Position numbers and translations under genes: made by a program. Shown piece by piece: positions 53,889 through 64,000 of a stretch of 64,000 nt of DNA. The stretch lies in assembly GCA_020773975.1 (NCBI GenBank), contig GCA_020773975.1_3638.1; one strand, written 5' to 3'. The notes below the pieces were generated by a model. It was not told the origin of the DNA. It was given only the letters and a program-made list of their open reading frames with translations, and did no database searches. The stretch is from a phage. Every line of letters starts with the position of its first letter. Position 1 is the first letter of the stretch.

Positions 53889-54362
53889 ATGAATACAGCT
53901 ATTCTAACGCCGTATGCATATGACCCTAAAAAAGTAAAATTGTATCTGATGACTCAAAGAGTAACAGGATTCGCAGCGGACACGAAAATTGTTGTGTCCC
54001 GTAATGAAGACAATATCATCCCCCACATGGGGGTTGATGGTGAGCTATCTGCTGCACTGTCCCGTAACCAATCTGGTGTTATGACGGTTTCTCTTCAGAA
54101 TACAGCATCATGGAATGGTAATTTAGCAAACTGGCAAAAACAAGCATCCGTAACTGGCCTTATTTTCTTCCCTGTTCTTCTGGAAGGTTCTCAAGGTATG
54201 GGCTTGAGTACAATTGGATGGATTCAGAAACAGCCTGACCTTACTTACGGAACGGAAGTTGGTCAGATGGACTGGGAAATTGGTATTCTGGATGCTTGGT
54301 TGAGTCCTGATACTCTGTCCTCTGTTGGCTTCGGCCTCGCTGGACTTTCCGGTATTATTTAA
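53889..54362 (+). CDS. Putative tail tube protein
   Basis: 157 aa ORF immediately after the sheath candidate. Confidence 0.4.
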   Translation: MNTAILTPYAYDPKKVKLYLMTQRVTGFAADTKIVVSRNEDNIIPHMGVDGELSAALSRNQSGVMTVSLQNTASWNGNLANWQKQASVTGLIFFPVLLEGSQGMGLSTIGWIQKQPDLTYGTEVGQMDWEIGILDAWLSPDTLSSVGFGLAGLSGII

Positions 54363-54371
54363 TAATTTCGT

Positions 54372-54905
54372 GTGCCACATGGATGTGGCCTTTATACACG
54401 TAAGGATAGTTCAACTTCTAAAGACGCAGGAGCGTGCATGAAAATCAGACAAACAACTGAAATTGACCTAGCGGGTCACAACTTTGTTATTACACATTGG
54501 TCCCCAACAAAAGCATTTAAAAATATTCCTAAGATAGGACGTTATATTGCTGTTCCAATGGCATCCATTTCTGGAGCACTTATGTCTGGTGGGCAGAATC
54601 TTTCGGATGCTATTCCAACAGCAGTATTATACCTATTTGACCAGATGGAGCAAGATAATATTGAAGAACTTTTTGCCTTAATTCTGGACGATGTATCTGT
54701 TGATGGTATGGCAGGTAAGGTAGACATTGATGATATTTTCCAAGGGAAGATGATGGACCTTATCAAACTCGTGGCAAAAGTGCTGGAGGTTAACTACGGC
54801 TGTTTTTTCACGAAAGACGGTTTCGCAAGCCTTCAGGATCTTCTGGGACGCCTGGGTCAGACCCATCAACTGAACACGATGGATCAGGCAGAGGAAGCGG
54901 AGTAA
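54372..54905 (+). CDS. Putative tail assembly chaperone (start probably internal Met ~54438)
   Basis: Acidic ~155 aa ORF upstream of the tape measure gene. Confidence 0.3.
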   Translation: MPHGCGLYTRKDSSTSKDAGACMKIRQTTEIDLAGHNFVITHWSPTKAFKNIPKIGRYIAVPMASISGALMSGGQNLSDAIPTAVLYLFDQMEQDNIEELFALILDDVSVDGMAGKVDIDDIFQGKMMDLIKLVAKVLEVNYGCFFTKDGFASLQDLLGRLGQTHQLNTMDQAEEAE

Positions 54906-54940
54906 CACCGTCTAATATTTCGAAAGTTGTCCTGAGAGCT

Positions 54941-55183
54941 ATGAACTATGCAAGAAAAAATAGCTCATTGACTTGGTTCGATTATTTGTGGTGTCGTGCT
55001 CTGAAGAGTTTTAAAGGTGAGTCTTATTCCTCACTTGAGTCTGCTGACATGGCCTACCTGCTTAAACTGAACGAATATCTTGATATCGAAGAGTTTATCC
55101 AAGACGTACAGGAGAGAGAGGAACAAAGTGCAGCCAATGCTGCCGCCGCTGCAAATAGGTCGCGCCGAGGTAGAAGAGGTTAA
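54941..55183 (+). CDS. Small protein upstream of tape measure (possible chaperone partner)
   Basis: Position only. Confidence 0.25.
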   Translation: MNYARKNSSLTWFDYLWCRALKSFKGESYSSLESADMAYLLKLNEYLDIEEFIQDVQEREEQSAANAAAAANRSRRGRRG

Positions 55184-55234
55184 TCTCAAGCCAGGTTCCT
55201 TCTCGGAACCTGGCTTTTTTATTGAGGAAAATCT

Positions 55235-57619
55235 ATGGCGAATATCATAGTAACTAAAACCGTAAATGCTGTCGAGTGGTCTGTAGATCGCACCAGTTAC
55301 GGTCGTGCAATGAAAGCTATAAAATCCCTGAAGAAGGAATGGGAAAAGACTAACAGAGCTTTCACTTCTAATAAAAGTAATCCGGCAGCAATTTATAAAC
55401 GTTCTGCGCAAGAGGCTCGTCTTGTAGCTAAAAGATTACACCAAACTGAACGTGCAGAGCAAGCAAAATCTACGGCACATGCTATTGCAATGGCAAAAAA
55501 GGAAGCTCGTGCTCGTGAACAAATAGCCAAAGTTGAGAGCGCGAGAAGAAAGCAAGCAGTAGCCAGACTAACAAACAGAAGAACACCTGAAGAACAAAAA
55601 GAATATAATGCATTAAAATCAAAGTTGAAGCAGATGGAAAAAACAGGTTCTGGATATGGAACAAATCCAGAAATATCTGCTGCCCGTCAAGCAAGATTGC
55701 AGCAAGAACTTGCAGCAAGAAAGTCTTCAGGGTCTGCCTCTGGTATTGTTGGGGATCCTAATAGTCGTCACGATCCAAGTCTTGTGGCTGCCCAGAACTC
55801 TGCTATGGAACGCTATCATAAATCTATTCCGAAAGAAAAAACAGCGGATGAGATTAAGGCAGAAAAAGATGCTAATAAGAAGAAAGAAAGAGAAGCGTTA
55901 AGAGCAGAAAGGATAAAGGCTGCAAAACAATCAACAATTGCTAATGCTGCTGTAAGACTTCGTGCTAAGTATGGTGATGATTTCAGGTCTAAAATTAAAG
56001 GTTATGATGATCTGGAAAAGAGATTTATGCAAAGCCAGACTATGAGAGCTTCTAATTTCCGTGCTGAATTGGCAGCAATGGAAACAGGACTCCGCAAAGC
56101 TAAGGCAAATACACTATCTCTTGATCAAGGATTGAAAAACCTTCGTAGCACATTAATTAGTGTTTCTGCTGCATACGGAGCTTTTAATGCTGCCGCAAGT
56201 GTTGTGAAAACAGGACAATTCTTTCAAGGCATGGAAGCTACCATGTTAATGGTTTCTGATGACTCAGAAGAAGCAGCGAAAAGAATACAGTTTGTTCGGG
56301 AGCAATCTTACAGATTGGGTTTGGATTTAAAAACCGCCGCCCAAGGTTATACCCAAATGTCCATATCTGCCAAAGGTGTTTTGAGCAAGGCGCAAAATGA
56401 CGAACTGTTCAAAGGTTTCTCAGAATATGCTACTGCACTTCAGGTTGATCCTGTAAAATACCAGCGTGGTATTACCGCTATCCAACAAATGATGGGTAAA
56501 GGTCAGATCATGGCTGAAGAATTAAAACAGCAGTTAGCCGAGGGTATTCCTGGTTCTCTTGATGTATTCCTTAAAGCCACACAAGAAGCATTCAATGATT
56601 CATCTATAGACATTGCAAAATTAATGGATATGATGAAGAATGGAGAGCTAAAGGCTTCAAAAATTCTTCCTTTGGTCGCTAAGTATTATGCCGAGGCTGC
56701 AAGAAAAGGTGGTGCACTTACCAAGGCACAACAAAGCAACCGTGTTGCTATGCAGCGTTTACAACAAACATGGATGAACTTTCAAAATAAGATATTCGAG
56801 AGTGGATTCGGGGATGAATTAACTAAAACGTTTAATACTCTAGCTGACGTATTGGATACCAATGGAGAGTTAGCCACTAATCTAGGGGAATTTGTTGCAG
56901 GATTTATACAGGGGTTTAAGGATATATCCCTAACGGTGGTAGATACACTTCTGTTTATCAACTTGGCAATAAAAAATTCTATACCACAGTGGGTAAAAGA
57001 GAGTGAGACATTCCAAAAAGCGACTAACTGGGTAGGTTGGGGTCTCGGTGCTCTATTCTTCGCGACTTCCTTGGTTAGAGTATTCAGAATCTTGGCTAAA
57101 ATTGCTGGAATAACGGGAACATTGAAAGTATTGAAGGATATCTTTGGTGATGGTGACGGCTCTGGAGGTGATAAACCTAAAAATCCAAGAAAACCAAGAA
57201 TACCAAAATTCCTGAGACGCGGGAAAGGTTGGCTCGGTTTAATAGCAACAGCCGCTATAGCAGCAACAGGTTTGGATGTTGATGACTCCGAAGAACCAAG
57301 TTCTGACCAAATACCTACAAAATCAATGCAGGAAGATTTTGTTAAGAATAGGAGTGTTTCAGGCGGCCTTTCTCAATGGTGGGATAGTTTATGGGCTGGG
57401 CATATGCAGGATAAAGCCAACTATCTTCAATCCCATAATCTAATGCCCGGCGGATCTGCTACAGGTCAAACTGTAGCTCCTATGGTTATTCCTACCGAAC
57501 CTGTCAGTGGTGAAATAACAATTAAAATAGATGCTGGAGAATTACGTAATATGATTGATCAGCAAATAGAGACAGCTAACATGGATAACATTAATCTTAT
57601 TCTCGCTGTCCCTCAATAA
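55235..57619 (+). CDS. Tail tape measure protein
   Basis: 794 aa, alpha-helical, Ala/Lys/Gln-rich with hydrophobic segments. Confidence 0.55.
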   Translation: MANIIVTKTVNAVEWSVDRTSYGRAMKAIKSLKKEWEKTNRAFTSNKSNPAAIYKRSAQEARLVAKRLHQTERAEQAKSTAHAIAMAKKEARAREQIAKVESARRKQAVARLTNRRTPEEQKEYNALKSKLKQMEKTGSGYGTNPEISAARQARLQQELAARKSSGSASGIVGDPNSRHDPSLVAAQNSAMERYHKSIPKEKTADEIKAEKDANKKKEREALRAERIKAAKQSTIANAAVRLRAKYGDDFRSKIKGYDDLEKRFMQSQTMRASNFRAELAAMETGLRKAKANTLSLDQGLKNLRSTLISVSAAYGAFNAAASVVKTGQFFQGMEATMLMVSDDSEEAAKRIQFVREQSYRLGLDLKTAAQGYTQMSISAKGVLSKAQNDELFKGFSEYATALQVDPVKYQRGITAIQQMMGKGQIMAEELKQQLAEGIPGSLDVFLKATQEAFNDSSIDIAKLMDMMKNGELKASKILPLVAKYYAEAARKGGALTKAQQSNRVAMQRLQQTWMNFQNKIFESGFGDELTKTFNTLADVLDTNGELATNLGEFVAGFIQGFKDISLTVVDTLLFINLAIKNSIPQWVKESETFQKATNWVGWGLGALFFATSLVRVFRILAKIAGITGTLKVLKDIFGDGDGSGGDKPKNPRKPRIPKFLRRGKGWLGLIATAAIAATGLDVDDSEEPSSDQIPTKSMQEDFVKNRSVSGGLSQWWDSLWAGHMQDKANYLQSHNLMPGGSATGQTVAPMVIPTEPVSGEITIKIDAGELRNMIDQQIETANMDNINLILAVPQ

Positions 57620-57622
57620 TTT

Positions 57623-57646
57623 GAAGGGGCTTTTGCCCCTTTTTGT
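57623..57646 (+). terminator. Rho-independent terminator
   Basis: aggggc-tttt-gcccct followed by a T-run. Confidence 0.55.
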
Positions 57647-57698
57647 TGTTTTAATAAAATATTTATGATAAAATCATACAATAACAAGTGAGGTTTTT

Positions 57699-58550
57699 AT
57701 GGCTTCAGTTTCCAATAACCAGTCAAAACCACAGCAAGGGAAAGCTACAGCAAATGTCGAAAGAAAGGTGAGTAGTGCACAGGAAACAAGTTCCGGCATT
57801 AAGTATACACTTTTCGCAAGTGGCTTGAATTATGGTGGGCGTAATATTGAACTGAAAGATAAAAATTATACAGATGATTTAGCTATAATTTTTGATGTTG
57901 TTGAAGAACACTCCTATACAAGAACTGTGGATAAAACTTCGTATGCAGTTGAAGATAGGGTTAAGTTCAGTGACCACGGTGTAATAGGAGATGGGAAATT
58001 CTCTTTTAGTGCAAGGGTTAGCTCATCACCACTTTCAATTATTCAGTTTAATTATATAGATAAAGATACCGATAATCAGAACCCCGCTGCCTCAAAAAGA
58101 CCAGAAAAAGCTCTGGAAGTGCTTGAGCGTCTCATAGACCAACGACAAATTGTAACCCTTGTGACAGAGGATAGAATCTTAGATAATTATATCCTTACTT
58201 CAATGGAGGCATCTCGTAGCAATTCAGATGGTGCGGCATTAGTTTTTCAATTAGAGTTTACAGAGTTCCGTACATTCACATTAGGAAAGACTGTTTTAGC
58301 TACTATCTACACAGATCCTAAAAAATCAGGTAAAACAAAACAAAAAGGCGCTGTCCAGTCATCTGCTACACAACAAGAAGTTGATATCATGGTGCATAAA
58401 AGTATTTTTAATGGTCCTTGGACAAAAGATGCGTATGCACAAATGGCTAAAGATATGCATTGGGATGGTGCGACAGTATTACGCAAAGCAGGTACATACA
58501 ATCCTACAACAGGCCAATGGAAGGATTTGGATGGTAATCCTATGAAATAA
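57699..58550 (+). CDS. Tail/baseplate protein
   Basis: Position downstream of the tape measure gene. Confidence 0.3.
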   Translation: MASVSNNQSKPQQGKATANVERKVSSAQETSSGIKYTLFASGLNYGGRNIELKDKNYTDDLAIIFDVVEEHSYTRTVDKTSYAVEDRVKFSDHGVIGDGKFSFSARVSSSPLSIIQFNYIDKDTDNQNPAASKRPEKALEVLERLIDQRQIVTLVTEDRILDNYILTSMEASRSNSDGAALVFQLEFTEFRTFTLGKTVLATIYTDPKKSGKTKQKGAVQSSATQQEVDIMVHKSIFNGPWTKDAYAQMAKDMHWDGATVLRKAGTYNPTTGQWKDLDGNPMK

Positions 58551-58572
58551 TTTTGCAAACAGGAGAATACAT

Positions 58573-58923
58573 ATGTCCAAAATAACTTTTGTGTGGGATA
58601 TAGATGGTTTTGCTGATCAAACAATGAGAGTTGTCTTGGACAGCCAAACATACGAGATGAGATTTCAATGGAATGAGAGAGATGAATCTTGGTTGGTATA
58701 TTTTGGTGATGTTGGAGCAACACCAACAATTTCTTTTAAGTTGACAACTATATTTGATATCTTCGAGCCTTTCAAGTATCTTGAAAATATTCCGTCTGGG
58801 CAATTAAGGGTCTTTTCTTTTAAACAGTCTACAAAACGTGTCGGAAGATACAATATCGGATTTCTTGCAGATCTCCAACTTCTTTATTCATCTCCTGACG
58901 AGGAGTTAACAGGTGAGGAGTAA
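58573..58923 (+). CDS. Tail/baseplate protein
   Basis: Position only. Confidence 0.3.
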   Translation: MSKITFVWDIDGFADQTMRVVLDSQTYEMRFQWNERDESWLVYFGDVGATPTISFKLTTIFDIFEPFKYLENIPSGQLRVFSFKQSTKRVGRYNIGFLADLQLLYSSPDEELTGEE

Positions 58924-58928
58924 TAATT

Positions 58929-59927
58929 ATGCCATCTTACAGAACAAGAACATATAAACTAACAATAGGTAAACCAATATACATTGGAGAGAAGCCAACG
59001 AATATTTCAGATTATACAAATCAGAATAATAAGGATGCTTATGTTGTAAGTAACGAGTACGGTTCTGCAAATATAGAATTTGAAGTTAAAAAAGACAACT
59101 CAAAAGACCCCAACAAAGGTTACGTAACAATTTACAATTTAAGTGATGAGACCGTTAGCTATCTAGATGCTAATCAGAGAGAATCTCTAGCCATAGTGTT
59201 GGAGGCTGGGTTTGATGGTGAAAACCAAATGTTATTCTCTGGGACAGTAGAGTTTGTTCAGGATAAATGGGATGGAAATACTCGCCAAACAAAAATGATC
59301 CTTGGTGATGCAACCACAAATATTATGACTGCTAAAACAGCAAGATCATATAAAAAAGGAACACCTTTAGATACTGTTCTTAATGATTTAATTTCTGATT
59401 TAAAATTACCTATCGGAAAAGTTGTTAAATTCGGGAATAAGACTCTTCAACAATCAATGGCATTCACAGGGAATGCTGCTAATAATCTTGAGAGGTTAGC
59501 TAGAAATACAGGTTCCACATTTAGTGTCCAAGACGGTGCTGTGTACTGGACAACCCAAGGTAAAAGATTTAAGAACGCTGTTTTTGAAATAAGCGCAGAA
59601 TCTGGGATGCATGATTCTCCAACCCCACAAAATCCAGAACCTGCTAAAAGAAGACTTGAGAAAGAAAGCAAAAAGAAAAAAAGGAAACCTAAACCTGGCA
59701 CGGATACAAGACCAAGTAGAGCAAGAATAAAAGAAGACGCTGGGTTGGTTGTAACCACAGAGCTTAATGGGGCAATTATTCCTGAGAGCACAATTTATTT
59801 GAAGAGTCATAAATATACAGGTTTTTATAAAGTAGTATATTTGACACACAAAGGGCAACTTGAAGGTGGAGATTGGATTTCCGAAATTGGCCTTGCTGAA
59901 GCCCGTGGTGGTGTTGTGGAGGAATAA
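58929..59927 (+). CDS. Tail/baseplate protein
   Basis: Position only; lysine-rich internal linker. Confidence 0.3.
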   Translation: MPSYRTRTYKLTIGKPIYIGEKPTNISDYTNQNNKDAYVVSNEYGSANIEFEVKKDNSKDPNKGYVTIYNLSDETVSYLDANQRESLAIVLEAGFDGENQMLFSGTVEFVQDKWDGNTRQTKMILGDATTNIMTAKTARSYKKGTPLDTVLNDLISDLKLPIGKVVKFGNKTLQQSMAFTGNAANNLERLARNTGSTFSVQDGAVYWTTQGKRFKNAVFEISAESGMHDSPTPQNPEPAKRRLEKESKKKKRKPKPGTDTRPSRARIKEDAGLVVTTELNGAIIPESTIYLKSHKYTGFYKVVYLTHKGQLEGGDWISEIGLAEARGGVVEE

Positions 59928-60628
59928 TGGCAGCAATTCAAAGAATGGACGCAGCATTGAATCAGTGGTTTGCGAGACAAGCTAGAGACATCCACACAGG
60001 ATTAAGGGCGAAGGTTGTTGAGGTTGATTATAGCATACCCTCAGCAACTGTACAACCTTTAGCATCCACTAATTTCGATGACGGAACAGTAGATGCATAT
60101 CCTGCTGTTTTCGATGTGCCGCTTTCGATGCCAAGCGCAAACGGCGGTAAGGCAAGACTTACATTGCCTGTTAAACCAGGTGATATTGTCGGGTTATCTT
60201 TTTCAGAGAGAAATGAGTCAGATGCTAATGACTTAACGACACACGGTTTATTTCCTGGGTGGTCAATCATTGGTGTTCACAGTGATGGGAATGCAATGGT
60301 TATCGACCCAAACAATGTGGAATTATGGAACGACCAAGTTCATTTCTCTCTTGCCCCTGAAGGAGATTTTGTATTAAAAGGCCCAGTGGGAACATTTACT
60401 GTTGATAAAGATGGTAAAATGTCTTTTACCAACGGGTCTGCGACATTGACAGCGAAGCCTGATGGGAATATAGAGATGAATGGGGCGAAGGTTACACCAG
60501 ATGGGAATATCGTGACAGCTAGAGGTGTGAATCTAAATGATTTCTACGACTGGTTTACAAGACACACACATCACTATGTTTGGACAGACCCATCTGGTGA
60601 AAGTGACACAAATGCCCCTAACAAATGA
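59927..60628 (+). CDS. Putative baseplate spike/hub protein (gpV-like)
   Basis: Gly-rich beta-strand repeats; weak. Confidence 0.3.
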   Translation: MAAIQRMDAALNQWFARQARDIHTGLRAKVVEVDYSIPSATVQPLASTNFDDGTVDAYPAVFDVPLSMPSANGGKARLTLPVKPGDIVGLSFSERNESDANDLTTHGLFPGWSIIGVHSDGNAMVIDPNNVELWNDQVHFSLAPEGDFVLKGPVGTFTVDKDGKMSFTNGSATLTAKPDGNIEMNGAKVTPDGNIVTARGVNLNDFYDWFTRHTHHYVWTDPSGESDTNAPNK

Positions 60629-60637
60629 GGAGTGTAA

Positions 60638-61165
60638 ATGGCAACTCTCTATTCTGATTTATTAATGGATCCTGTTACTGGGGATCTCGATGTCTCAGAA
60701 GGTCTTAAACTGATAGAATCAAACCAAGTTAGTCTTCGTCAACGTTTGTGGCTAAGGTTTAATGTCTGGCAAGGAGACTGGTATTTCGATGAGACATTCG
60801 GATTTCCATATCGAACATATATTAGCAAGAAGGTTATGAAGACTGTACTTGATAATAAGATAAAAGAGGTAACAAGGCAGGAACCGGACGTTTTGGAAAT
60901 AACTTATTTTCATTCCACAATGGATTCAGGGACAAGAAGCTATCAAGCATATTTTGAAGTGACAACCAAAGAACAAGAGGTTGTTAGGATTGCCTTTATA
61001 GGGCAGGATGAGTATTATTATCCAGAAGCTGATGCAGGGACAACAATCCTTTGCGATGATGATGGCTGGATACTTTGGGCTAACAAACTCTATTACCTCA
61101 TTAATTTCCGTTTACCTCGTACAGGTGACGCAACTTGGTGGAATAAGTGGGCAACTAATGAATAA
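60638..61165 (+). CDS. Putative baseplate protein
   Basis: Position only. Confidence 0.3.
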   Translation: MATLYSDLLMDPVTGDLDVSEGLKLIESNQVSLRQRLWLRFNVWQGDWYFDETFGFPYRTYISKKVMKTVLDNKIKEVTRQEPDVLEITYFHSTMDSGTRSYQAYFEVTTKEQEVVRIAFIGQDEYYYPEADAGTTILCDDDGWILWANKLYYLINFRLPRTGDATWWNKWATNE

Positions 61166-61168
61166 TGG

Positions 61169-61192
61169 AAAGGGGCTTATGCCCCTTTATTT
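61169..61192 (+). terminator. Rho-independent terminator
   Basis: aggggc-ttat-gcccct followed by tttatttg. Confidence 0.5.
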
Positions 61193-61270
61193 GTGTTTAC
61201 TATTTATAATTAAGACATATTGTGGTAAAATAACCACATCTTATAATAATTTACAAGAGGAGGCATAATC

Positions 61271-62764
61271 GTGGCTGCTCAATTTGGATTAAATGACTAC
61301 GGTTTTTCAATTCCGTCCCTTGATGACTTGATAACAGACACTAAGCAATCCCTTATTAGAGCTTTTGGTGAAAACTTTAACACCCAAACTAACTCTGTTG
61401 TTGATAAGATCACTACTATTTTCAACGAAAGGGAATATCAATTAATTCTTTTGGCTGCATCTATTTATGCAGCACAAACGCTAGCAGGGGCAGAAGGTAT
61501 ATATCTTGACGAGATTCTTGGTCGTCGTGGCATATTCCGTAGAGGAAAAGCCAAAGGGTCCGGTACTGTTCAAATGGTAATTAATAACACAGTGCCGTAT
61601 AACATGATTTATGATACCGCAACATACAGTATTGACGGTGGAAATTTTGTGTTAACAGAAGATACCGCCGTTGCTGGCAATATCATAGCGCAGCAAATAA
61701 CCAATCAAGATTGGGTTCTTGGTAACTACACCATCCAGATAGTTAACCAGAATGATGAGACAACAAAGACACTGAACCTATCTCTGAAAAACAAAACTCC
61801 AAACAGTACCGAATTAAACTCTTTTATGATGGCTATGAAAAAGTTTATAGTCGATAATACAACTTATCTGAACGAAGATAAGATCTTTATCGAATCTTCT
61901 TCAGGAAGTATGTTTATAGGTTATGATCAAAATAAGAAAATGATTGGTCTTAATGCTCCTGTGGACTTTAGAACATCACCCCTACTTGGTCAAAGAACAA
62001 TAACCATGGATGTTATTGCTGTTGAAGCAGGAGAAATATCTAGAGAAGCAGAGACAGTTACTAACATAAGCCCGACACCAAGTGGTTTTGTTAGCTTGAC
62101 GAACAGGGAAGCATTTAGTGATGGTACAGATGTTGAGACGGATACAGAATATAAGCTGAGGGCTTCGAACACCACATCAGCGGGCGCTGCCGCAACACGA
62201 CCTGCTATTGTTTCTGCTGTTTTAAATGTGCCTGGTGTAAGTAAGGTTAAAATTTTCTCCAACAATACTGGTGTGACAAACGAGTACGGTGTTCCAGCGT
62301 ATAAGTTTGAGACAGTAGTCCATGGTGGGGCCACAGAAGATATCAGTAAGGCACTTTATAATACTATAGCACTCTCTAATGCTACTTATGGTGATGTATT
62401 CTATGATGTGACTACAGAAGATGACCAAGTAGAAAGAATTTATCATAGCAAGGCAAAAGTAAGGCAACTTGAAATTCGTGTCAGATATAAAGGTAAATTA
62501 CTATCCCTTACAGAACAGAACACGATCAGGGATTCCCTTAAAGCTGTTGTTGATCCTCTTAACATTGCAGATACGTTGTACAATATCCAACTTGTTTCTG
62601 CTGTGGGGTCATCCATCTCATCAGGCAGATTTACTCAACTTTTAGTAGATGTCAAAAACAAAGGTGAGCCAGACAGTACGTACACTAATGATGATATTGT
62701 TGCTACTATGACAGAAGTTTTCGCTGTAGAGTTAAATGACATAACTTTCCAGCAAGTTCTTTAA
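61271..62764 (+). CDS. Putative baseplate J-like protein
   Basis: 497 aa ORF (GTG start) in the baseplate cluster. Confidence 0.3.
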   Translation: MAAQFGLNDYGFSIPSLDDLITDTKQSLIRAFGENFNTQTNSVVDKITTIFNEREYQLILLAASIYAAQTLAGAEGIYLDEILGRRGIFRRGKAKGSGTVQMVINNTVPYNMIYDTATYSIDGGNFVLTEDTAVAGNIIAQQITNQDWVLGNYTIQIVNQNDETTKTLNLSLKNKTPNSTELNSFMMAMKKFIVDNTTYLNEDKIFIESSSGSMFIGYDQNKKMIGLNAPVDFRTSPLLGQRTITMDVIAVEAGEISREAETVTNISPTPSGFVSLTNREAFSDGTDVETDTEYKLRASNTTSAGAAATRPAIVSAVLNVPGVSKVKIFSNNTGVTNEYGVPAYKFETVVHGGATEDISKALYNTIALSNATYGDVFYDVTTEDDQVERIYHSKAKVRQLEIRVRYKGKLLSLTEQNTIRDSLKAVVDPLNIADTLYNIQLVSAVGSSISSGRFTQLLVDVKNKGEPDSTYTNDDIVATMTEVFAVELNDITFQQVL

Positions 62765-62774
62765 GGATGTTATT

Positions 62775-63452
62775 ATGGCAGACTATTTAAAAGATGTAAA
62801 TCATATACACACACTGCCAGATTTCGTTGAGGGAGGTATTGATTATCTCCCTGGTGATTTTCTGAAAGAGAAAAAGAATCTTGTAAAATTTCTGACAATA
62901 TACCTTGAAAGATTGAAAGCTATTGATGAGATGCTTGTAAAGCTATCAGAAGGTAGATTATTAAGGAATGCCGCAGGGCTGAATCTTGATGAGATAGGTA
63001 ATCAGGTTGGTATTGAGAGAAACGGGCTTGATGATGCCACCTATAGGGCAATAATAATGATCTTGGCTGCTGGATCTGCAAGACACGGTACAAGACCAGA
63101 GTTTATTGAAACATTAGATCAACTGTTTGGTGTTGGAAATTTTACAACTTACAAAGGGGATAATTACCGTTTTGACGTAAACGTATCGAAAAGCTGTTTC
63201 GACTTAGCAGCAGCGATAGATGAGATACTTGACCTATTACCGTTACCAACTCACCTTAGACTAACAGAGTCTGTGGGTTTGGCGTTTGGTTTTAAGAATG
63301 ACAAACATGCACTTGGATTAGGATCTGTGGCAGAGAAATCAAGAACTGGGGATGGTGGTTTAGCCCATCTAGTTTACGTACCGGATCCACCAAGAACATC
63401 GGATGACATCCTTATTTATGTTGACAATATTTCTGTAGATGCAACAGAGTAG
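62775..63452 (+). CDS. Putative baseplate/tail fibre-associated protein
   Basis: Position only. Confidence 0.3.
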   Translation: MADYLKDVNHIHTLPDFVEGGIDYLPGDFLKEKKNLVKFLTIYLERLKAIDEMLVKLSEGRLLRNAAGLNLDEIGNQVGIERNGLDDATYRAIIMILAAGSARHGTRPEFIETLDQLFGVGNFTTYKGDNYRFDVNVSKSCFDLAAAIDEILDLLPLPTHLRLTESVGLAFGFKNDKHALGLGSVAEKSRTGDGGLAHLVYVPDPPRTSDDILIYVDNISVDATE

Positions 63453-63464
63453 AGGAGACCACAT

Positions 63465-64000
63465 ATGGCAGAGGCTATTTTCACAGCCAGAAGAGAAGAT
63501 GACTCTGTAGCTGTCAGCTTTGACTATGAAACAATATCAAACACAGCTATTGCTGGAAGAGATTATACACCCAAAGTAGGTACGGCAACAATTCCTAAAG
63601 GGGAAAAGTCTGTACAGATACCTGTGAAGATAAAACAACATCCTAAAAACTCATTACCAAGAGAATTTACCTTAAAAATGAGTAATCCGTCTTTTGGTGC
63701 AAGGCTAGACAGGCTGGCTTCCAGATGTGTTATTAGCACCAAGGAGGATATGTCTGAGTTGGGGTGGGGAACAAAAGAAGAGAAAATGTTTCTACCTAAA
63801 TATTGGACAATTGATTCTCAACCCACAGAAAGTTGCTCTATAATATCTAATGGTAATATACTTACAGCTTATATGACTAATAGAACTGTAAGCGGTTTAG
63901 CAGGGGTTATTTGGAGCACAAAAGATAAGTATGATCATAAAGGGATCTCTTTTCAAGATCACGCAGATCTTCGAAACGCTAAACTGTGGTTCGATATAGA
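63465..64000 (+). CDS. Structural protein with Calx-beta-like motif (partial, runs off window)
   Basis: AIAGRDYTPKVGTATIPKGEKSVQIPVKI resembles the Calx-beta/adhesion-domain motif; open to the window end. Confidence 0.3.
   Translation, partial: MAEAIFTARREDDSVAVSFDYETISNTAIAGRDYTPKVGTATIPKGEKSVQIPVKIKQHPKNSLPREFTLKMSNPSFGARLDRLASRCVISTKEDMSELGWGTKEEKMFLPKYWTIDSQPTESCSIISNGNILTAYMTNRTVSGLAGVIWSTKDKYDHKGISFQDHADLRNAKLWFDI

Overview
This 64 kb window reads as part of a large virulent myovirus genome (tailed dsDNA phage of enterobacteria; the gene content resembles Felix-O1-like or T4-like phages, but that is an impression, not a verified assignment). Everything below is hand analysis of the sequence and ORF track, with no searches or folding programs run. 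Layout: (i) 1-24.5 kb, a leftward (minus-strand) nucleotide-metabolism and DNA/RNA-repair block: anaerobic RNR nrdD (broken by at least four short group I introns), glutaredoxin, nrdB, nrdA (with intein), a ThyX-like protein (with intein), nucleotidase, dNMP kinase, exonuclease, RNase H/FEN, DNA ligase, a Sir2-family protein, a kinase/ligase/phosphatase RNA-repair trio and an SPFH protein; (ii) 24.75-25.5 kb, a non-coding divergent control region with an almost pure AT tract, TACGTA repeats, four clustered GATC sites, a palindromic operator over a promoter and two tandem hairpin repeats; (iii) 25.5-28.5 kb, a rightward PRPP-synthetase-like plus NAMPT-like pair (candidate NAD-reconstitution counter-defence module); (iv) 29.4-35.2 kb, an array of about 17-19 tRNA or tRNA-like genes, several with non-canonical architecture, interspersed with small ORFs and an endonuclease VII-like gene; (v) spanins, then a large terminase gene interrupted by one intein and three group I introns (one carrying an HNH homing endonuclease); (vi) portal, scaffold, major capsid, a tail fibre plus assembly chaperone cassette with a sharp GC shift, tail sheath/tube/tape measure and baseplate genes. 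The most striking feature is the density of self-splicing elements: at least 7 group I introns and 3 inteins in four essential genes, with near-identical sequence blocks shared between introns in different genes. Non-ORF coordinates are approximate (about +/-3 nt; splice sites +/-15 nt).
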